Of a DNA stretch of 32,302 nt, positions 1 through 7,600 are shown in pieces. The notes beneath the pieces were generated by a model. The model was not told where the DNA came from. It did no database searches and saw only the letters and a list, made by a program, of their open reading frames with translations. Position 1 is the first letter of the stretch. Each line of letters starts with the position of its first letter. The stretch comes from a virus (taxonomy: Duplodnaviria > Caudoviricetes), in the IMG/VR virus record IMGVR_UViG_3300030207_001762, positions 1 to 32,302 of that record. The stretch is one strand, 5' to 3'. A program made the position numbers and the translations under genes.

Positions 1-100
1 ATGATACAATACTATTACATTAAACACAATAACACATGGGGAAAACATGTCTAATCAAACAATCTATCAAGCAATCTTACAGTTTCAACGAAATAGTGGT
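1..100. repeat. Terminal direct repeat, copy 1 (circular assembly overlap)
   Basis: 1-98 is identical to 32203-32300; 99/100 over the full 100 nt. Confidence 0.97.
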
Positions 101-604
101 GCTGTTATTATGTCCGCTGTCAATCCACGTTTCAAATCTAAATACGCATCGCTGACTGACATACAGAAGGCTATCCGCAAACCACTTGCCGATGCTGGAC
201 TAGTCATTGTTCACCAACTAGGGGAGAACAACACAATGACATCGTCACTGGTACATGCTGAAACAGGACAGTCTATCTCTAGTACGTACAACTTGATTGT
301 ACAGCGCAATGATATGCAAGCACTTGGGTCTGCTATCACCTATGCCAAACGCTATGCTGTGGCTGCACTGCTAGACATTATCACTGACATTGATGATGAC
401 GGCAACAAAGCAGTGGACAGTATGCAAGGTAACCGATCACCATCTAAGTACAACGATGACGATGATAAGCCATGGTTCAGTGAGAGAAGCGACAACTGGA
501 ATCAAGTTTGCGAATGGGTAAGTCAAGGTAACGACCCAAAGAAACTGCGTGACAAGTACAAGGTGTCCCGTGCTGTCATGTCTAAGCTCGAGGCTTTGGT
601 ATGA
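47..604 (+). CDS. erf: ERF-family single-strand annealing protein (recombinase)
   Basis: NPRFKSKYASLTDI...QALGSAITYAKRYAVAALLDI...DDDGN are ERF signature motifs; short C-terminal domain; GGGG leader. Confidence 0.9.
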   Translation: MSNQTIYQAILQFQRNSGAVIMSAVNPRFKSKYASLTDIQKAIRKPLADAGLVIVHQLGENNTMTSSLVHAETGQSISSTYNLIVQRNDMQALGSAITYAKRYAVAALLDIITDIDDDGNKAVDSMQGNRSPSKYNDDDDKPWFSERSDNWNQVCEWVSQGNDPKKLRDKYKVSRAVMSKLEALV

Positions 605-816
605 CGTTTCATGAACAACTGAAAAAGATTCTCAAGAGCCACAACAAAACTCAACTTGCATATCACTGTGGGGTTACACGTGACAGTGTAACTAAGTGGT
701 GTTCTGGAAAGACCGAGCCTAACGTGCGCAACCTAGTACGTATGTGCAAATACCTATACGGTGAGAAGTGGGCACTGTTGTATTTAGAACTGTCTGATTT
801 GTTGGCTAGCGATTGA
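601..816 (+). CDS. XRE/Cro-like helix-turn-helix protein
   Basis: KTQLAYHCGVTRDSVTKWCSGKTEPNVRNL is an XRE HTH pattern; ATGA overlap with erf. Confidence 0.85.
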   Translation: MTFHEQLKKILKSHNKTQLAYHCGVTRDSVTKWCSGKTEPNVRNLVRMCKYLYGEKWALLYLELSDLLASD

Positions 817-842
817 CAGACTATTATATTATTATTAATAAT
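813..842 (+). promoter_or_regulatory. Possible sigma70 promoter
   Basis: TTGACA at 813-818, 18-nt spacer, AATAAT at 837-842 inside the palindrome TTATTATTAATAATAA (829-844). Confidence 0.4.
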
Positions 843-846
843 AACT

Positions 847-879
847 GGGGTGTGTATGGTTGTTCACACCCCTTCTTTT
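847..879 (+). terminator. Intrinsic terminator-like hairpin
   Basis: GGGGTGTG (847-854) pairs with CACACCCC (865-872), followed by TTCTTTT. Confidence 0.6.
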
Positions 880-887
880 GGTGTACT

Positions 888-1172
888 ATGACCTTTGCCA
901 ATTACTTACGTGCTAAACTTACAAACAATAAGTTAACCTACGCACACGTAGGTAGGCGCACAGGTCTACACCCACAATCTGTTCGTGCTTTCTGTTACGG
1001 TGAATACGAACCACGAATGAAAAACCTAATCGCATTGCTTGAAGTGATTGCAGAAGCAGAAAAACGCTGTCCTCGACAAGTCCTCTTTGAATGCCTGTCA
1101 CACATCGATGAGGTTAACTATGCTGTCAAGCGTTCTAAGAAGTGGCTAAATAAAAAAGAGTCCGACCGCTGA
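888..1172 (+). CDS. Second XRE/Cro-like HTH protein (start re-assigned from 813 to ATG 888)
   Basis: MTFANYLR...TYAHVGRRTGLHPQSVRAFCYGEYEPRMKNL aligns with the 601-816 protein; the upstream extension crosses promoter and hairpin DNA. Confidence 0.75.
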   Translation: MTFANYLRAKLTNNKLTYAHVGRRTGLHPQSVRAFCYGEYEPRMKNLIALLEVIAEAEKRCPRQVLFECLSHIDEVNYAVKRSKKWLNKKESDR

Positions 1173-1186
1173 CCAAGATCGAACTC
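1148..1186 (-). terminator. Intrinsic terminator ending the late arm
   Basis: Minus strand GAGTTCGATC-9 nt loop-GGTCGGACTC (10-bp stem, 2 G-U) followed by TTTTTTATTT. Confidence 0.8.
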
Positions 1187-1215
1187 CTTTGAAATACTGC
1201 ATAAGTAATATATGC

Positions 1216-1386
1216 TTATTCTTCGTCTGTGTCAACTAGTTCTTTTAAGATTTTGTATAACAGTTGTATTAAATCTGCTGCTAACTCTTGCCGCTCATCC
1301 TTGGTTAAGCCACCACGGCTATGCGTTACAAGTTTTTTTACAAACAATACTAGGTCTGGTGTTAATGCCAATAGGTCTTTATCCAT
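1216..1386 (-). CDS. 56-aa amphipathic helical protein missing from the ORF track (possible lysis accessory)
   Basis: Hand translation MDKDLLALTPDLVLFVKKLVTHSRGGLTKDERQELAADLIQLLYKILKELVDTDEE; TAATG overlap with the upstream gene; ends just before the terminator. Confidence 0.75.
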   Translation of the reverse strand: MDKDLLALTPDLVLFVKKLVTHSRGGLTKDERQELAADLIQLLYKILKELVDTDEE

Positions 1387-1739
1387 TACTTTTTCCTTCT
1401 CAATGGGGTTACTCGTTTACCACGCCCAACCCTAGACTTTTGTGAAACCTTTGATTGGTATTGTGACTTGCTCATTTCTGAGCGTGTACGTGGTGTCTTA
1501 CTGCTAACACGTTTCGATGGTCTGCAATAGGGTGTACCTTTTCTTTTGCTTCCACATGGTTTTCCAGACTGGTCCTTCCACTTCTCTTTGTCCCATCGCT
1601 TCAGAGCTGCGCCCTTCTTAGTCTTGCGCACAGTGCCCTTCTTCTTGCGGCACTTGGCTATCGCCTGTGATGCACGGGCAGATGGAAACACTTTGTATCT
1701 ACTTTTAACAGAATGGTAGCAAGAATCTTTTTTTGTCAT
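1386..1739 (-). CDS. Very basic Cys-containing protein (recalled as DUF5872-like)
   Basis: Lys/Arg-rich; motifs FPSARAS, LKRWDKEKW, PYCRPSKRVSSKTP; ATGA coupling. Confidence 0.7.
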   Translation of the reverse strand: MTKKDSCYHSVKSRYKVFPSARASQAIAKCRKKKGTVRKTKKGAALKRWDKEKWKDQSGKPCGSKRKGTPYCRPSKRVSSKTPRTRSEMSKSQYQSKVSQKSRVGRGKRVTPLRRKK

Positions 1740-2017
1740 CGTCTTCTACTCTTCTTACCTACACACTTCCACTTCTTACGTGATAAATTGTTAGGACTGT
1801 TTGGGTCATTTCTTTTCTTTGGAGACAATCGCTTTTTGATTCCTGCTGATCTTGCGCAGTAGGCATCTCCCTTCTTTGTCCCTGGCTGTATACGATCCTT
1901 TCCAGATTTGCTTTTGCCTGCTTGCCCATAGGAGACTTTTTTTTTCCGACCAGTCTTCTTATTCTTAACAACCTTGACAAATCGCTTACCTTTGGATGGA
2001 GAGGCTTTACGTGGCAT
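1736..2017 (-). CDS. Very basic protein (recalled as DUF6321-like)
   Basis: Lys/Arg-rich; motifs KKVSYGQAG, YCARSAG, DPNSPNNLSRKKWKC. Confidence 0.7.
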   Translation of the reverse strand: MPRKASPSKGKRFVKVVKNKKTGRKKKVSYGQAGKSKSGKDRIQPGTKKGDAYCARSAGIKKRLSPKKRNDPNSPNNLSRKKWKCVGKKSRRR

Positions 2018-2333
2018 CGTGTACTCGTATTAATGCTGCTTTTATTTCTGATATGATTGTGCTCAGGTTGGTAATGCTTTGTTCAACCAAGGACATTCTC
2101 TTATCAAGGTCTGCCATTTCTTTTAGTATGGTCTCCCTTACAATCTCCTCTTTGTTTTGATAGTCAGAGATAACAGCATCGTACCGCTCTCTCAATGCCT
2201 CGATCTTTTCTTCTGCTTTGACTTCTCGTTCGTCAGCTCGTTTCTGTAACTCACGATTTTGTGTATAAAGAAAAATACCAAATGCAATGTTAGCACCACC
2301 AGACATCAGCAACTGCACTATTGAATCATCCAT
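2007..2333 (-). CDS. Single-TM plus coiled-coil protein, holin-like candidate
   Basis: Hydrophobic N-terminus (IVQLLMSGGANIAFGIFLY) followed by a charged coiled coil; AGGA SD; follows the fibre gene. Confidence 0.5.
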   Translation of the reverse strand: MDDSIVQLLMSGGANIAFGIFLYTQNRELQKRADEREVKAEEKIEALRERYDAVISDYQNKEEIVRETILKEMADLDKRMSLVEQSITNLSTIISEIKAALIRVHDAT

Positions 2334-2349
2334 AACTATATCCTATCAT

Positions 2350-2381
2350 AAAAAATAGGGTGAGGACAAATGCCCCCACCC
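2350..2381 (-). terminator. Intrinsic terminator after the fibre gene
   Basis: Minus strand GGGTGGGGGC-ATTT-GTCCTCACCC followed by TATTTTTT. Confidence 0.8.
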
Positions 2382-2390
2382 ATAAACAAC

Positions 2391-3878
2391 TTACAATGAG
2401 AAGTACATCACAGTAATTTGGTCACCGCTATTTGGAGCAGCACCAAACGTGATTCTAAGAACGCCGCCAGTACCACCAGTAGCAGACAATGTGTATTGGT
2501 CTTGTCCAGATGGTGAACTTTCAACCAATCCCATAGCCAAACCGTTTCGGAAAACGATTGCACCACCAAGCATGGTAGCGTCAGCAGCAGAACCTGCGTC
2601 AAACGTAGTGGCAGAACCATCACCAGCAGACAATGTTTCATACGATGCCATGAAGTTTAACTTAGCAGCAGTAACATTTGCATCAGCAATCTTTACTGTT
2701 GTTACAGCATTTGATGCCAATCTTGCAGCGTCTACTGAAGCATCGGCAATCTTTGCTGCAGTCACAGCATCGTCAGCAATCTTAACAGTTGTAACTGCAT
2801 TAGAAGCCAAGCGAGCAGCGTCTACTGCACCGTCAGCAATCGCTGCACTTCCTACTGCATCGTCAGCAATCTTTGCTGCAGTCACAGCATCATCAGCCAA
2901 CTTTGCTGTTGCTACAGCACCGTCTGCTATTTGAGCACTAGAAATAGTACCCGTCAAACTAGAAGCAGGATAGTTTGTGGCATCTGTAAGATCAAATGCA
3001 GGCGTTGCATCCGAGGCACCTAATGCAAGAGTAACGCCACCAAATGAAACGCTTGAGTTAGCGAGTTTTGCATTCGCAATCGAGCCGGCTAATTGTGCAT
3101 TGGTAATAGTCCCTGAAAGGCTAGACGTTGGGTAGTTAGTAGCATCTGAAAGATCAAATGCAGGCGTTGCATCTGTTCCACCAAGAGATAAAGATACACC
3201 ACCAAATGAAACGCTAGAGTTTGCAAGTTTAGCGTTAGCAATAGAACCTGCTAACATGGCGTTTGTAATACCAGATGCCTTTACTTGTAGAGCATCTGAT
3301 GAAACTTCAATAGATGAATCATCTACTTGCACATCAAGACGATTACCAGTCTTGGTTAATGCCGCACCAGCTTCTGTATTTGACTGTCCAGAGAAGATAC
3401 TGAAGGTCAGATTATTTGTACCAACTACAGCAGCACCTTTGTTTGATGTACAAACAAAACCCAACTCTCCGTTTTCAGATCCTTGCTCAATGAAGAAACT
3501 AGCACCTGCAGCATCACTACCAGCAGCCATGTCCGAAGAGCGTGACCATGAACCAGCAGCACAGATATAAATACCATTTTGAGATGCTGTTGATTGATCT
3601 TTAACAAGCACACGATCATCGGCAGCCACTGCTACACCATCAATCGTTTGCGTTCCACTTAATGTAATGTTTGCTGTAGTAGCGACCTTACAAGAATCTT
3701 TTGGGTCAAGACCTGCGGCAACAGAATCTACATACCCACGGGTTGCAATCCCTTGTGTGTTTGTATCAGAACCAGTGTAACGTAACTGACCTGAGAATGA
3801 AAAGTTTGCTGACCCATCCAGTTTGGTTTGGTCAACGGCATTGTTTTTAATTTGCTCTTTGGAGATTTGAACTGCCAT
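2391..3878 (-). CDS. Repeat-rich tail or head fibre protein
   Basis: ATRGYVD...VATTANITLSGTQTIDG...DRVLVKDQ...QNGIY fibre motif; 54-aa duplication; 10-aa VTAAKIADDA repeats; C-terminal GDGS..F...FGAAP.SGD beta domain. Confidence 0.75.
   Translation of the reverse strand: MAVQISKEQIKNNAVDQTKLDGSANFSFSGQLRYTGSDTNTQGIATRGYVDSVAAGLDPKDSCKVATTANITLSGTQTIDGVAVAADDRVLVKDQSTASQNGIYICAAGSWSRSSDMAAGSDAAGASFFIEQGSENGELGFVCTSNKGAAVVGTNNLTFSIFSGQSNTEAGAALTKTGNRLDVQVDDSSIEVSSDALQVKASGITNAMLAGSIANAKLANSSVSFGGVSLSLGGTDATPAFDLSDATNYPTSSLSGTITNAQLAGSIANAKLANSSVSFGGVTLALGASDATPAFDLTDATNYPASSLTGTISSAQIADGAVATAKLADDAVTAAKIADDAVGSAAIADGAVDAARLASNAVTTVKIADDAVTAAKIADASVDAARLASNAVTTVKIADANVTAAKLNFMASYETLSAGDGSATTFDAGSAADATMLGGAIVFRNGLAMGLVESSPSGQDQYTLSATGGTGGVLRITFGAAPNSGDQITVMYFSL
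2658..3269 (-). repeat. Coding repeats in the fibre: 2 x 162 bp (2946-3269) and ~9.6 x 30 bp (2658-2945)
   Basis: agatcaaatgcaggcgttgcatc occurs at 2989 and 3151; the decapeptide array is visible in translation. Confidence 0.9.
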
Positions 3879-3887
3879 GATTGTATC

Positions 3888-4145
3888 CTATTTTTCTACA
3901 TAAACAGCGACTAAGTTGTCGCCGCTTTGTGGTGTAAATGATGTTGTAAAGGTTGTGTCCGAAGACTCGGTGACTTCAGCAGATGTCTGTTGTAGTCCAT
4001 TCCAATATACCTCAATAGTTCCAGACTTGTACGTCGAACTAACTGTAAATGTTGTAGTTGACCCATCACAATCTGATGATATATCTTGCTTCTTCAAGTT
4101 TACTGTTGCTGCTGTACTACTACTAAACGGACTGGCTACTGGCAT
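3888..4145 (-). CDS. Small beta-domain virion protein related to the fibre C-terminal domain
   Basis: DGSTTTF...VYWNGL...TPQSGDNLVAVY versus DGSATTF...VFRNGL...APNSGDQITVMY. Confidence 0.65.
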   Translation of the reverse strand: MPVASPFSSSTAATVNLKKQDISSDCDGSTTTFTVSSTYKSGTIEVYWNGLQQTSAEVTESSDTTFTTSFTPQSGDNLVAVYVEK

Positions 4146-4576
4146 TAGTTACTCCAGGTTACACAACTGTTAGATAATGTACATGTACCTTGGTCTAGTT
4201 TGACAAACAGATATATGTCCCCAGTATCAAAGAACTGTTGTAGAGGAAGTCGAAACTCATAAGCAGCAGTACCAGTATTGGTTGTAGTCAAACCAATTGC
4301 TAGTTGACCTTCAGTATCTGGATAAAAGGTATAGTCTCCCTGTGGGTCACAACAAGCCCTAAGAGTTAACTTAGGTGTAGACGATACCCCAGACAGGTTT
4401 GTAACCCGTACATAAAACCCTTCTATTCTACCAAAGAATCGCTCTGATGCTCCAATCTCGTTACCAATGATTGTTAAATCGTGCTTGTGATATTTAGTCA
4501 CTTGAAATGTATCGGTTATTCCTGTCACATTCTCTGTAACTGTGCTGCTGTCCTCGGAACGTCTTACGGTAATCAT
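4145..4576 (-). CDS. Hypothetical beta-rich virion protein
   Basis: 143-aa ORF with its own promoter and leader; TAATG coupling to the next gene. Confidence 0.6.
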   Translation of the reverse strand: MITVRRSEDSSTVTENVTGITDTFQVTKYHKHDLTIIGNEIGASERFFGRIEGFYVRVTNLSGVSSTPKLTLRACCDPQGDYTFYPDTEGQLAIGLTTTNTGTAAYEFRLPLQQFFDTGDIYLFVKLDQGTCTLSNSCVTWSN

Positions 4577-4599
4577 ATATTCCCCATGTGATTAACGAT

Positions 4600-4628
4600 A
4601 ATATAAAAGTATGTAGTTGATATGTCAA
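4600..4628 (-). promoter_or_regulatory. Sigma70 promoter for the fibre module
   Basis: TTGACA (4628-4623), 17 nt, TATATT (4605-4600). Confidence 0.7.
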
Positions 4629-7600
4629 CGGTTTTCACGTTCTGACGTTCGCTTCTTTTTCAACTCTTGTATCTTTTGTTTGATCAATGCTTCATGGTTT
4701 TTTAATACTGATAAATCTTGAAACTCTGGCGAACGCACACCAATAGGAGTAAGCAAGCCTAGTGACACTGCCATTTTTTCATAAACATCTAAAGGTTCGT
4801 ATGCTGTACCTTCAGCACTAAAGAACATACGATGATAATCTTTTAATGTTGTTTCTGCACCAACTGTACTTAACAAAAACATTAAAGACGTACCAAATGC
4901 ATTGCGTTTTGCTGTCTTGTCTACCTTATAAGTATATCCATCTACTGAATACATAGAGTTTGGGTTATACTCACCAACCACTTGTTTGCCATGAAAGTAT
5001 GAAAGCCATTCTTCTGTACTTTTTACATTAGGACTGTATGATGAAATAAGAGCAACCAACGGTGTTGCTGCAAACTCATTGTCAAACAATATCTTTTTTT
5101 GTGCTTCTGACAATGAACGACTGAATGTTACTAGTTCTGGTGATACTCTGTCGGTTTGTTTAAATACATCTGGATACTTTGCTAATAGTGTCTTTTTAAG
5201 AAGTGGGTGTAGTTGTCGTATTAATAAATCATTTACACTTTTAAAACCTCTACCACCAAACGTTGCACTATACATTTGCGTCATCATGGCTGTTGCTTCC
5301 ATAACTGGGATAGGAGGAGCAAACAAATAAACGTCCCTATCAGAATATGATTTTACATGACTAACCAGTGCTCTTACATTTGTATAGTTTGGCATTGTTG
5401 CGTTGTACGGAAACATACGACCATCATTACCAACTGTTTGTAAACTACCAAGATCGTTGTTTGCTCTCATAAACTTTACAAGAGAAACAAAACGTTGTGG
5501 ATTTGTAAGTGCTTGCAAAGTTGTGATTAGATTTTGTCTAGTAAAGTTGTAAAATATAGTCATGTTTGCAAGAGATTGCTCAAAACCTAAAAGTCTATTG
5601 TAATCAAACAAACCTACTTTAGCCATTTTTACAGCCTCATCTGCACTTTTGCCGCCTTTTATAGCATCAATAGCAACAGCAATTCTAAATGCCATATCAG
5701 ACGTTATAGGCAAATCTGTAAAAGATTCGATACCTCTAGATAAAAGGTTTTTAGTATTCAGCCCCATAAACTTATTGGCAGGTTGCCTTAACTTTTTAAG
5801 AGTATCACGAACCATAGTAACGTCACGTGAAATACTTACGTCTGTTCTAATACCTGCAGCATGAACCATTTGGTACAACTGACCATGTGTATATGATCTA
5901 CCTGCTGCATCTGTTACGGCTATTTCATAAAACTTTGATTGACCTTTTGTAGCACCCGAAAATACAGTCTGAAACCCTTCTATTATTGCTTGTGGTGGTT
6001 TAACCAAGCCTTGTCTACCAGACGAAAATGCTATTTCTGTTCCTAGTTTTATAGCACCTGGGCTGGCAAACACACCCAGGTTTTGAAATATAATTGCTTG
6101 TGCTGTTGCAACGTTCATACCCAAAAATCGTGGACGCACAGGTATAAGAGTTGTATATATAATTTGCTTTGAATATGCAAGTGCGTGTTTTGCTACTTTC
6201 ACCAATTGATCAAATGCATCTGGTTCTACTTGTTTTGCCAGTATTTTAAGGGCATCTTCAACTGATTTAGTACCTCTAGATCTAAATACTGCTTCAAACT
6301 CATCAAATCTTTTTTTACCAAAAAATGCTGCTCCATATCTGTTTGACCCAGTAAAGATCTCCTTTAGAAGTGTATCTATTTCGTTTATATCTAATTCGTC
6401 ACGCATTAAGTCGTTGTTCCTAGCAACAGATTCGCCGTACTTTATAAGTTCGTGTACGGCAGGATCGAATTCATCAAACTTATCACTCTCTGCTTTCATT
6501 AAGTTTAATACTTCGTCTAGTTTACTGTTTCTAGTAACAATAATACCATCGTCATCTAGTTGCCTATACAAGTCTATTAACTGTTTATCTGTTGGATTTT
6601 CTAACTTAGAGTTAAAGTTAATCTTTTTATTAGCAAGGTTTTTTCTTGCAACATCTCCCGACTGTTTTAATTTTGCTGATTCTTCTTCAAATTTAATTTG
6701 TAGTTTTGGTTTTTCTGCTTTGAGTTCTTTTATCTTTTTATTTACTGCCTTTTTACGAGCTTCAAATAAACGCACTGCTTCCTGTCGTTGTGCCTTAGTT
6801 GTTCCTTTTGCCTTGGTTATTGCAAACTTAGTTTGTTTTGCGTTTTCTAAAACTTGTTTTGCATTTTTAATAGCGTCATCTACATTCGCATTAGCGTTAT
6901 TTAACTTTGTTTTTAAATTGGCATTGGCTTGTATTATACGATTTTTAAGTATTGCTGCTTGATCCTTAAAATATTGATCTGCATTTTTAACGATATTACT
7001 TCTAAGGTTCTTATTAAGATTGTTGTATGTTGATTGTAAATCAGTACCTTCAACGTCTACTTTTCTACCAAACTGATTAAGTAATTCTTTTGCGTAATTC
7101 AACTGGTCTTCATAAGTTGGTTTTTTTGGACCTAGCATATACTTCATAAAGTTTTTCAACAATTGATTATACTCTGGTCTATTAATGTTAATTTTTCTAC
7201 GCATGCTTGATAGAATAACTTCTGGTAGTTTAGGTAAAACAACATCGACAATAAGTTTGTTTTGCGCTTTATGAATAACTGAATACTCATACATTCTAAG
7301 TGCTACTTCTTCTAACTTTTCAACCAAGTTTTTCATTTCAAACTTAATAGTTTTTATTGGTACGTTTGGATCAATATATTTAAGTTCTTTCATTTTCTCT
7401 GGATTTAGCAGTAACTTTGCCCATTCGTTTGCTGTAATAATTAACTCATCTGCAACTGTTTGTGGGTTTGCAAGTATTTTATCAACTCTAGATTCAACAA
7501 ATAGTCGCAATGCTTTTTTACCAGTTGGTGTATACATGTTTTGTGCAATGTTCTTTTTTGGTGTAAAAAAATAATCAATCATTGAATAATTAGGTTTTAT

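Noticed and set aside
1158-1186. tRNA T-arm-like GAGTTCGATC as a tRNA fragment or attP
   Set aside because: No cloverleaf and no integrase; it is fully explained as a terminator stem
2946-3269. DGR template/variable repeat pair
   Set aside because: Differences are mostly synonymous and not adenine-specific, and no reverse transcriptase is present
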